This document shows positions 55,332 through 64,000 of a DNA stretch of 64,000 nucleotides, in pieces. Position numbers and translations under genes: made by a program. Source of the stretch: an uncultured Actinomycetota bacterium (GTDB taxonomy: Bacteria; Actinomycetota; Actinomycetes; Mycobacteriales; Mycobacteriaceae); the NCBI GenBank assembly GCA_963748885.1, contig CAVVLC010000064.1, positions 21,943 to 85,942 on the forward strand, given 5' to 3'. Each line of letters opens with the position of its first letter. Positions within the stretch are counted from its first letter, which is position 1. Under the pieces are notes generated by a model. The model made no database searches. It had not been told where the DNA came from and was given only the letters and a program-made list of their open reading frames with translations.

Positions 55332-56018
55332 CAGCGGACCAGCCCGGCTACCCAGGCACGGTCGAAGGCCGCCGCGCTCATGGCCGCGAAGGCGGCAGCG
55401 TCCATCGAACCGGCCCCGGCGGGCAGCGCGGCCCGCACCGGAGCCAGCTCGGCCAGCGCGGCCCGATTCGACGTCTCCACCAGTCCGGGCCGCTGCGGCC
55501 AGCTGCCGATCACCAATCCCGCGCACGCAAATACCTTGTCGCGGCAAGTCGATTCCAGCGTCAACGCGGTGTGGTTGAGGGTGCCCAGTTCGGCGCCGAC
55601 CACAACCAGCGCCGCGGCGCCCAGGTCAACGGCGAGGTCACGCAAGCGTGACCCGGTCGCCGCCGAGTTCGACGAGCAGTCCCCCGGCGCCTTCGACCAG
55701 CGTCAACCGCCCCGGGCGGTCCAGACCGCGGATGACCTGCAACAGCTCGATCGCGGGTGGGCAACGCTCATGCCGGCCAGCTCGGCAGCGGCGGCCGGCG
55801 CCAGCGGCTGCGGATAGCTCGCCAGGCCGGCGAGCTCGGTCACCCCGGACAGCCGGCCGACCTCGGCGAGGTCGTCGTCGCCGTCGATCGGTGCCGGTCT
55901 GCACCGGCTTGCACACCGCGACGTCGATGCCGGCCTGCCGGGCGCGGCAGGCCAGCGCCGCGGTGGCGACCGTCTTACCGACCCCCGTCCCGGTCCCGGT
56001 GATGACCAGGACGGTCAA
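55331..56018 (-). CDS. bioD: Dethiobiotin synthetase (frameshifts)
   Basis: [29 protein letters not shown]. Confidence 0.9.
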
Positions 56019-57181
56019 CGGCGCGCCCAGGACCAGCTCCCGAAAGCACGTGCGTCAGCACCCGGCGCGCGAGGTCCAGCTCGGCGGCATCCAGGGAGGC
56101 GCGCGCGGTCAGCCGCAGCCGCGACGTCCCGGCGGGCACGCGTCGGCGGCCGGAAGCAGCCCACCCGCACGCCGGCGTCCAGGCAGGCGGTCGCGGCGGC
56201 CAGCGCCACCTCCGGATCGCCGAGGATCACCGACACCACCGCGGACTCCGGCACCTCGAGCACGCCGCAGACCTCGGCGAGTTCGCCGAGCATGCCGCAG
56301 CACCGCCTCCGGCCGCCACGGCTCGGCGTTCAGCACGCGCAGCGCGGCCAGGGCGGCGCCGACCGCCGCCGGCGCCAGGCCGGTGTCGAAGATGAACGGG
56401 CGGGCGGCGTCGATCAGATGCGCGCGCACCGCGGCCGGGCCCGAGCACCACGCCGCCCTGGCTGCCGAGCGCCTTGGACAGCGTCGTCGTCACCACCACG
56501 TCGGGCGCACCCGCCAGGCCGAGCTCGTGCAGCAGGCCGCGGCCGCCGCCACGCACGCCCAGCCCGTGCGCCTCGTCGACGATGCAGCAGCGCGCGGTGG
56601 CGGCGGCACACGTCGTGCAACTCGCGGAGCGGGGCCAGCGGTGCCGTCGGCGCTGAACACCGAGTCGGTGATCACGACGGCGCGCTCCTCGTCGCGCGAC
56701 GCCCAGCGCGGCATCGACGGCGGCGACGTCGCGGTGCGGCGTCACCACCACCCGGGCCCGCGACAGCCGGCAGGCGTCGACCAGGGAGGCGTGCGAGTAG
56801 GCGTCGGACACCAGCAGCGAACCCGGACCCGACAGCCCGACGACAGCGCCCAGGTTGGCGGTGTACCCCGAGGAGAACACCAAGCCCGCTGCGGCGCCGA
56901 TGAACTCGGCGAGCTCGGACTCGAATTCCTGGTGCAGCTCGGTGTCGCCGGTGACCAGGCGCGAACCGGTGGCGCCGGCGCCCCAGGTGCGCAGCGCCGC
57001 GACACCGCCGTCGATGACGTCGGGATGCTGGGACAGACCGAGGTAGTCGTTGGACGCCAGGTCCAGCTCGGTGGCCGACGGCGGGCCGCGGCCGCAGCGA
57101 GCGGCGCAGCCCGGCCTCGCGCCGCTGCCGCTCGACCTCGTCCAGCCAGGCCAGCGGTGACGTCTCGATGGAGGCCTCCAT
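56015..57181 (-). CDS. bioF: 8-amino-7-oxononanoate synthase (many frameshifts)
   Basis: SNDYLG (alternate frame), [31 protein letters not shown]. Confidence 0.88.
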
Positions 57182-57184
57182 GGG

Positions 57185-58556
57185 AGTTCAGCCTGACGAG
57201 CCGGTGCAGGGCGACCTCGACCATCGCCGAGGTGATCTGCGCGATCTCGTCGGGCGGGCAGATGAACGGCGGCATCGCGTAGACCAGGTTGCGGAACGGG
57301 CGCAGCCAGACGCCGCGATCCAGCGCCGCGGGGGTGGCAACGGCCAGGTCGACCGGCCGGTCACACTCGATGACGCCGATGGCGCCGCACACCCGCACGT
57401 CGGTCACCGCCGGGCAGCGCCCTGGCGGGCGCCAGCCCGGCGGCCAGCCCGGCTCCGATTTCGGTCGACCCGCGACCGCCAGTCCTGGCCGAGCAGCAGC
57501 TCGACGCTGGCCACCGACACCGCGCAGGCCAGCGCGTTGGCCATGAACGTGGGCCCGTGCATCAGCGCACCGGCCTCACCGGCGCTGATGGTGTGCGCGA
57601 TGTCGGTGCTGCACAGGGTGGCGGCCAGGCTGAGGTATCCGCCGGTCAGCGCCTTGCCGACACACATGATGTCCGGGCTCGACCCCGGCGTGGTCGGCGG
57701 CGAACAGCTCCCCGGTGCGGCCGAACCCGGTCGCGATCTCGTCGAAAATCAGCAACACGCCGGTGCCGCCGGCAGGCCTCGCGCACGTCGCGCAGATAGC
57801 GCGGGTCGTGGAAGCGCATCCCGCCGGCGCCCTGCACCACCGGCTCGACGACGACGGCGGCCAGTTCGGCGGCGTGCCGCGCCAGTTGCGCCTCGAATGC
57901 GGCGCTGTAGGCCGGGGTCGTAGTCCGGTGGCACCTGCGGTGCGAACACCTGCGGCGCCAGGACGTCCGTCCACAGCGAGTGCATGCCGCCATCGGGGTC
58001 GCAGATGCTCATCGGCGTGAAGGTGTCGCCGTGATAACCGCCGCGCCACGTCATCAGCCGGTGCTTGGCGGGCCGGCCCGCGGCTGCGCCAGTACTGCAA
58101 CGCCATCTTCACCGCGACCTCCACCGACACCGACCCGGAGTCGCTGAAGAACACCGTCTCCAGTCCCGCCGGGGTGATCTGCGACCAGCAGCTGGGCCAG
58201 CCGGGCCGCCGGCTCGTGGGTCAGCCCGCCGAACATGACGTGGTTCATCGCGCCCAGCTGCGGCAGTCAGCGCCGCGTCCAGCACTGGATGACCATGACC
58301 GTGGATGGCGGTCCACCAGGAGCTCATCGCGTCGAGCACCTCGATCTGCCGGCCGCCGCGGACCAGCGTCAGCCGGGCGCCCGGGCGGCGACCGCGACCA
58401 CCGGGGCAACGGCCGCGCCAACGTTCGAGGCGCCGATGGTGCTGTAGGGATGCCATAGATGTGCGCGGCGTCGATCGCGCTGATCTGCTCGGGCGTCAAC
58501 CCGGGAGTCGCCCCTCGAATCGGCCCTGGAATCGCCCTAGCCACGGACTTCGACAC
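57185..58556 (-). CDS. bioA: DAPA aminotransferase (many frameshifts; ends approximate)
   Basis: [51 protein letters not shown]. Confidence 0.88.
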
Positions 58557-58608
58557 TAGTGGTCTCGCTCGTGAGTTCGCCGGGGGTCTCTTGGTCTTCA
58601 GGACGCGC

Positions 58609-58665
58609 CGAGATCGACGTTACCGCGACAAAGTTCGAGTAGATCGCGCGCTAATGTCGATCTCG
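58609..58665. repeat. 57-bp REP-like palindrome, left flank of nuclease gene
   Basis: CGAGATCGAC...GTCGATCTCG; contains the gene's stop codon. Confidence 0.85.
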
Positions 58666-59517
58666 GCGATAGCCGCGGCGGACGAGGGCCTCATGCACAC
58701 GGCGAACGATGTCGTCAGGTCGATGCTCGGCGACGACCCGGATCACGATCCAACCCAAGTCCTGAAACGTCGCCAGCCGGCCGATGTCCTTGACGAATCG
58801 CCTTCGATCCGAGAAGTGTTGGTCGCCGTCATACTCCGCCGCGACCAGGTAATCCTCCCAGCCCATGTCGAGCAAACCCACAGCTCGCCAGCCGTCATTG
58901 ACCGGTATCTGCGTTGTCGGTTTCGGCAGGCCGGCGTCGATGAGAAGCAGCCGCAACCAGCTTTCCTTCGGCGACGCTGCGCCACCGTCCACCAAAGGCA
59001 GCACCCGCCCTAGCCGGCGCAGACCACGGGCGCCGCGGTACCGCTTCGCCAATACGGCGACGTCTTCGACAGAGAACGGCGTGGCGTGCATGAGCGCGTC
59101 GAGTCGCGCCACCGCCTGACCGCGCGGCAGGTGGCGGCCGATATCGAACGCAGTGCGGGCGACGCCGGTAACTGGAAGCGTCACCGGTAGCCGCCTGATG
59201 GCAGTCAGTTCGTCGCAGCCGAGCGTTTCGTTGCGAACGACCAGTCCGGGCTGGCGTCGGGCGCTCTTCGCGACGAGTTCAATCGCGGTGGCCGCGTCAA
59301 CCCACTGCGCTCCGTGCAGCGCCGACGCCGCAACACCCGCGATTACCCCGCGCCGGCGTGACCACAACCAGGCACCAACCGTGCGATCGTCCAGCGACGG
59401 CTCGTACCGCTTCGGTATGTAGACGTCACGGAAGATGGTCCGATGCCACCGGCGCAGCTGGTAATCATTCAACGCGGCGGCAGCGATCGCTTCGCTGCCA
59501 AGGAATACCTCGCCCAT
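58651..59517 (-). CDS. AbiEi-like/DUF559 (Vsr-like) putative nuclease, Rv3517/Rv1482c family
   Basis: GVAASALHG, RTAFD, SPKESWLRL, LDMGW..AEYDGDQH..D..R..GW..IRV. Confidence 0.8.
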   Translation of the reverse strand: MGEVFLGSEAIAAAALNDYQLRRWHRTIFRDVYIPKRYEPSLDDRTVGAWLWSRRRGVIAGVAASALHGAQWVDAATAIELVAKSARRQPGLVVRNETLGCDELTAIRRLPVTLPVTGVARTAFDIGRHLPRGQAVARLDALMHATPFSVEDVAVLAKRYRGARGLRRLGRVLPLVDGGAASPKESWLRLLLIDAGLPKPTTQIPVNDGWRAVGLLDMGWEDYLVAAEYDGDQHFSDRRRFVKDIGRLATFQDLGWIVIRVVAEHRPDDIVRRVHEALVRRGYRRDRH

Positions 59518-59523
59518 GATGGG

Positions 59524-59545
59524 ATGGTGGACTGGACCACCGACA
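59524..59545 (-). promoter_or_regulatory. PafBC/RecA-NDp-type promoter
   Basis: Minus strand TGTCGG-N10-CACCAT, 6 nt before the ATG at 59517. Confidence 0.65.
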
Positions 59546-59552
59546 TACGCGT

Positions 59553-59609
59553 CGAGATCGACGCCAGCGCGGAAAAGTTCGAGAACAGGTCTCGCTAACG
59601 TCGATCTCG
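59553..59609. repeat. 57-bp REP-like palindrome, right flank of nuclease gene
   Basis: CGAGATCGACG...CGTCGATCTCG; 45/57 identical to the left copy by manual count. Confidence 0.85.
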
Positions 59610-59661
59610 ACGCAAGGAGGCCAACCCTGCCCCCGACGAACTTACGAGCTCGACACTAGCC

Positions 59662-60195
59662 GTGGGTCGCACAAACCCCGACGATCGGGGACCATTGGAC
59701 CCCATGGCCTCGCCGCACCAGCCCAACGAGTCGTTCACCGGCCCCCTGTCCGGCACCGAGGTGGACTACCCGCCCGAAGCTGACGAGGTCCCTTCAGCCG
59801 ATCCCGATGCCGCGCCTGTCTCCGACGACGGGCCACCACCGGTGCTTCGGCTGCGGGTGGCCGTCTGGGACGTGCTCTGCACCGTCGCACTGCTGATACT
59901 GCTTCTCCTGCTGGCCACGGCTACGACGTGGCCGACAAAGCTGTGGGGCTTCCTCGGGAACGTGTGCACCGGGGACCAGTGTGGGCCGGTGCCATTCGGG
60001 GTCGATATGTATATCTATCCACTGGTGTGGGGCGGCATCGGTGCCGCGATCGCCGCGGCCGGAATCGGGCCCTTCGTGTCCATGCTGAAGGGCTGGTACA
60101 TGTCGTTCTGGCCGGTATTGGCTCTCACCATCCTGATGGTCAGCTCGATGGCCGGCTTCATGTTGACCACTTACAGCGAACGCTACTGGGGCTAA
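59662..60195 (+). CDS. Membrane protein (Rv1567c-like)
   Basis: TM helices, C-x4-C loop, GPFVSMLKGWYMSFWP; syntenic position. Confidence 0.75.
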   Translation: MGRTNPDDRGPLDPMASPHQPNESFTGPLSGTEVDYPPEADEVPSADPDAAPVSDDGPPPVLRLRVAVWDVLCTVALLILLLLLATATTWPTKLWGFLGNVCTGDQCGPVPFGVDMYIYPLVWGGIGAAIAAAGIGPFVSMLKGWYMSFWPVLALTILMVSSMAGFMLTTYSERYWG

Positions 60196-60536
60196 CCAAC
60201 GCTACTGGGGCTAAACAGCCTGGCGCCGCCGCGGGGCGACGGACACGGTCCGGCCACGGCATGAGACCGAAATCACAACTGCGCATACAAGATTGAGCGC
60301 GCCCGTCACTGTCCGGTCACGGTACGACAAATAATCCTTTCCGGACCTGTCTAGCCCTGTGCCACCGCCAACTTCTGTTGTAAAAGTGTCTGTAGTGACT
60401 GGTGTGACTCACCATGCAGCGGCGTTCGGCTCCGACGTGGAAGCCATCGCGTGCGCCAAGGGACAGCGGCCTATGCGCGAAGTCACCGCGCGGAGGTCGA
60501 CCAGCCCGAGAGGGCCCAGAGAGGGGCGGAACCCAA

Positions 60537-61283
60537 ATGAAGCGCATCTACGCCTTCGTGATCGGACTGACGATGCTGGTGACCCCGATGGTCACCGCCG
60601 GTATCGCGGCAGCTGACCCGGGCACTAGACCAATGGACTACCAACAGGTGACCGACGTCGTGGTCGCGCGTGGACTTGCCCAGCGTGGCGTGCCGTTCTC
60701 CTGGGCCGGCGGCGGTGTCACCGGCCCCACCCGCGGCACCGGTAGCGGTATCAACACCGTCGGATTCGACGCCTCGGGCCTGATGCAGTACGCCTACGCC
60801 GGCGCCGGGCTTAAGCTGCCGCGCTCCTCAGGCCAGATGTACAAGGTCGGCCAGAAGATCCCGCCGCAGCAGGCACGCAAGGGCGACCTGATCTTCTACG
60901 GCCCAGAAGGCACCCAAAGCGTCGCGATGTTCCTCGGGAACGGACAGATGCTGGAGGTGGGCGACGTCGTACAGGTCTCGCCGGCGCGCAGCAGCGGCAT
61001 GGCGCCCTATGTGGTCCGGGTCCTGGGGGTTCCGACGACGCCGGCTCAGCAAGCGCCCACACAGCAGGTGCCCTCGCAGCAGATGCCCACCCAGCAGGTG
61101 CCCACCCAGCAGGTGCCGACGCAGCAGGTGCCGACGCAGCAGGCGCCAACCTTGCAGGCGCCCTTGCAGCAGGTGCCGACGCAGCAAGCGCCGGTGCAGC
61201 AGGTGCCTGCCCTGCAGGTCCCAGGACAGCCGGTGCCCACGCAGGCGCCAGTGCAGCTCGCTCCCCTGGCCACCGTGCGCTAA
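60537..61283 (+). CDS. ripD: NlpC/P60 non-catalytic peptidoglycan-binding protein with QQxPT repeats
   Basis: Signal peptide; GVPFSWAGG; FDASGL (catalytic Cys replaced by Ala); pentapeptide-repeat tail. Confidence 0.88.
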   Translation: MKRIYAFVIGLTMLVTPMVTAGIAAADPGTRPMDYQQVTDVVVARGLAQRGVPFSWAGGGVTGPTRGTGSGINTVGFDASGLMQYAYAGAGLKLPRSSGQMYKVGQKIPPQQARKGDLIFYGPEGTQSVAMFLGNGQMLEVGDVVQVSPARSSGMAPYVVRVLGVPTTPAQQAPTQQVPSQQMPTQQVPTQQVPTQQVPTQQAPTLQAPLQQVPTQQAPVQQVPALQVPGQPVPTQAPVQLAPLATVR

Positions 61284-61401
61284 CCTGGCCGGTTTCCAGC
61301 AGGTTTCCAGCCTATTTCAAGCGTTTTTCCTACCTGATTCCTAGTTCCTTCCCAGTTCCCCAGCACCCGCCACCTGCCCCGTCGCCGATCGCAAGCGACG
61401 C

Positions 61402-63642
61402 TTGGCAGGTGGCGGATTGGGTAGATTGACTGTCAATATGGTCAGCCTGTCACCGCCCCGCACGCCGGCCTCCAGCCCGGAGCCGGTCGGGCGGGCGACC
61501 CCGCCGACGGGCCTTTATCGTTACGATCTGGACGGCCTACGCGGCATCGCGATCACGCTGGTCGCCGTCTTCCACATCTGGTTCGGCCGGGTTTCCGGCG
61601 GCGTGGACGTGTTCCTGGCGCTATCGGGGTTCTTCTTCGGCGGCAAGATCCTGCGCGCTGCCCTGGACCCGGCTCAAACGCTGTCCCCGGTATCGGAGCT
61701 GATCCGGCTGGTCCGTCGGCTGCTACCGGCACTGGTCGTGGTCCTCGCCGGGTGCGCGCTGCTCACCATTTGGGTGCAACCGCAAACTCGCTGGGAGACG
61801 TTCGCCGACCAGAGCCTGGCCAGCCTGGGCTACTACCAGAACTGGGAGCTGGCCAGCACCGCGTCCGACTACCTTCGGGCGGGCGAAGCCGTCAGCCCCC
61901 TGCAGCACATCTGGTCCATGTCGGTGCAGGGTCAGTTCTACGTCGCGTTCCTGCTGCTGATCGCCGGCTGTGCCTACCTGCTGCGCGGCCCGCTTCGGGC
62001 CTCCCCAACGGGCCCAACTGGTGGGCGCCCGCACCCTCGGACCGTGTTCGTGTTGCTGCTGAGCGCGTTGACGATCGCGTCGTTCGGCTACGCGATCATC
62101 GCTGCGCAGGCCGACCAGGCGAGTGCCTACTACAACAGCTTCGCGCGGGCATGGGAATTGCTGCTGGGAGCCCTCGTCGGCGCGCTGGTCCCGCACATCC
62201 GCTGGCCGATGTGGCTGCGCACCGTCGTCGCCACCATCGCGCTGGCGGCGATCCTGTCCTGCGGGGCCCTGATCGACGGCGTCAAGGAATTCCCCGGCCC
62301 ATGGGCACTGGTACCCGTCGGCGCGACGATGCTGATGATCCTTGCCGGGGCCAACCAGCAAGGCCACCCCGACACCAACGACGGGTTGCCGCTGCCGAAT
62401 CGGCTGCTCGCGGCCGGGCCGCTGGTGGCGTTGGGGGCGATGGCGTACTCGCTGTATCTGTGGCACTGGCCACTGCTCATCTTCTGGCTGTCCTATACCG
62501 GGCACGCGCACGCCAACTTTGTCGACGGCACGGCACTGCTGCTGGTGTCCGGGTTGCTGGCTTACCTGACCACCAGGCTGGTCGAGGAGCCGCTGCGGTA
62601 CCGCGCGCCCGCCGGCGGCGCTGAGCCCTCGCCGCGGTCACCGATCCCGGCGAACCCCTGGCCGGCGTGCCTGCGCCGGCCCACGATGGCGCTGGGTTCG
62701 GCGGTGCTGCTGTTGGGCGTTGCGTTGACCGCGACGTCATTCACCTGGCGCGAGCACGTCACCGGGGAACGCGCCACGGGCAAGGAGTTGAGCGGACTCA
62801 GCGCCCTGGACTACCCGGGTGCGCGCGCGCTGACCGCACATGTGCGGGTACCGACGCTGAAGATGCGGCCCACGGTCCTGGAAGTCAAGGACGACCTGCC
62901 GGCGTCCACCCGGGACGGCTGCATCAGCGACTTCGTCAACCCCGCGGTGGTCAACTGCACCTACGGCGACGTCTCGGCCAGCCGTACCATCGCGCTGGCC
63001 GGCGGATCCCACGCCGAACACTGGCTGCCCGCGCTGGACCTGCTCGGGCAGCTGCACCACTTCAAAGTGGTGACCTACCTCAAGATGGGCTGCCCGCTGT
63101 CCACGGAGCAGGTTCCGCTGATCATGGGCAACAACGCCCCCTATCCGCAGTGCCGCGAGTGGGTGCAGACGACGCTGGCCAAGCTGGCCACCGACCGCCC
63201 CGACTACGTGTTCACCACCTCGACCCGCCCGTGGAACATCAAAACCGGGGACGTCATGCCCGCGACCTACATCGGGATCTGGCAGACGCTGTCCGACAAC
63301 AACATTCCCATCCTCGCCATGCGGGACACCCCCTGGCTGGTGAAAGACGGCAAACCGCTCATTCCCGCCGACTGCCTGGCCAAGGGCGGCAACGCGGACT
63401 CGTGCGGAGCCAAGCGTTCCGACGTGTTGGCCGACCACAATCCCACCCTGGATTTCGTTGCGCAGTTCCCACTGCTCAAGCCGCTTGATGTGTCCGACGC
63501 GATATGCCGCCCCGACATCTGCCGTGCGGTGGAAGGAAACGTGCTGATCTACCACGGCGCTCATCACCTGTCCCCCACCTATGTGCGCACCCTGGCCCCC
63601 GAGCTGGGCAGGCAGATCGCCGCGAACACGGGTTGGTGGTAG
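61402..63642 (+). CDS. Acyltransferase-3/SGNH fusion (Rv1565c, SucT-like)
   Basis: DLDGLRGIA, GVDVF, HIWSMSVQGQFY, YSLYLWHWP; SGNH-like GGSHA and HHL. Confidence 0.9.
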   Translation: MAGGGLGRLTVNMVSLSPPRTPASSPEPVGRATPPTGLYRYDLDGLRGIAITLVAVFHIWFGRVSGGVDVFLALSGFFFGGKILRAALDPAQTLSPVSELIRLVRRLLPALVVVLAGCALLTIWVQPQTRWETFADQSLASLGYYQNWELASTASDYLRAGEAVSPLQHIWSMSVQGQFYVAFLLLIAGCAYLLRGPLRASPTGPTGGRPHPRTVFVLLLSALTIASFGYAIIAAQADQASAYYNSFARAWELLLGALVGALVPHIRWPMWLRTVVATIALAAILSCGALIDGVKEFPGPWALVPVGATMLMILAGANQQGHPDTNDGLPLPNRLLAAGPLVALGAMAYSLYLWHWPLLIFWLSYTGHAHANFVDGTALLLVSGLLAYLTTRLVEEPLRYRAPAGGAEPSPRSPIPANPWPACLRRPTMALGSAVLLLGVALTATSFTWREHVTGERATGKELSGLSALDYPGARALTAHVRVPTLKMRPTVLEVKDDLPASTRDGCISDFVNPAVVNCTYGDVSASRTIALAGGSHAEHWLPALDLLGQLHHFKVVTYLKMGCPLSTEQVPLIMGNNAPYPQCREWVQTTLAKLATDRPDYVFTTSTRPWNIKTGDVMPATYIGIWQTLSDNNIPILAMRDTPWLVKDGKPLIPADCLAKGGNADSCGAKRSDVLADHNPTLDFVAQFPLLKPLDVSDAICRPDICRAVEGNVLIYHGAHHLSPTYVRTLAPELGRQIAANTGWW

Positions 63643-63680
63643 CCCCACCCGTCGCACGCGGGCACGGATAAGGTCAAGTG

Positions 63681-64000
63681 ATGTCGACGAACAATCCAGC
63701 CGCACCTTCGGGCACGGCCTCATTCAACGCCGACGGTCCCGATCCCACGCTGCCTACCGTGTGGCCGGGCAACGCCTATCCACTCGGGGCCACCTATGAC
63801 GGTGCTGGCACCAACTTTTCGCTGTTCTCCGAGATCGCCAACAAGATCGACTTGTGCCTGATCGACGAGCACGGAAGCGAGTCGCGCATCCCCCTCGACG
63901 AGGTGGACGGTTACGTCTGGCACGCCTACCTGCCGAACATCAGCCCAGGCCAGCGCTACGGGTTTCGGGTCCACGGGCCATTCGATCCGCCGGCCGGCCA
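63681..64000 (+). CDS. glgX: Glycogen debranching enzyme GlgX/TreX (partial, 5' end)
   Basis: [42 protein letters not shown]. Confidence 0.92.
   Translation, partial: MSTNNPAAPSGTASFNADGPDPTLPTVWPGNAYPLGATYDGAGTNFSLFSEIANKIDLCLIDEHGSESRIPLDEVDGYVWHAYLPNISPGQRYGFRVHGPFDPPAG

Noticed and set aside
58548..59659. TCGACACTAG on both sides of the nuclease element as a target-site duplication
   Set aside because: Only 10 bp and 40-50 bp away from the palindromes; suggestive, but needs an empty-site comparison.
60770..60790. Loss of the catalytic Cys in the NlpC/P60 protein as a novelty
   Set aside because: Already known for RipD (Rv1566c).

Overview
GC-rich mycobacterial chromosome segment, syntenic (reverse orientation) with the M. 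tuberculosis Rv1564c-Rv1618 region: tesB1, pyk, lgt, trpABC/trpE, bcpB, chaA, the his operon, nadABC-nrtR, bioB/bsaP, bioADF, ripD, an acyltransferase-3/SGNH gene and the start of glgX/treX. Many housekeeping genes carry single-base frameshifts, densest at about 55-58.5 kb, which is best explained by assembly indel errors. Accessory insertions interrupt the backbone: (1) 11.2-17.9 kb, a LuxR-ATPase, PE_PGRS remnant and GNAT-like/membrane pair, bounded by a duplicated bcpB 5' end; (2) 19.6-21.2 kb, a Ser/Thr kinase-TPM fusion; (3) 28.2-40.0 kb, ADH/TetR, a 13E12-HNH gene split by a YVTN lipoprotein, a TRIC protein and a giant carboxylase with a degenerate biotin carboxylase domain; (4) 48.0-54.8 kb, GntR, a bicupin, a His-rich membrane/cupredoxin-like operon with PmoC-like DxxWH..PxH motifs, and an aldo-keto reductase; (5) 58.6-59.6 kb, a DUF559/Vsr-like nuclease gene with a PafBC-type promoter, flanked by two 57-bp palindromic REP-like repeats, with a solo copy at 3.2 kb. 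No tRNA, rRNA or CRISPR array was recognised. Family assignments come from motif recognition and synteny only; no database searches were run.
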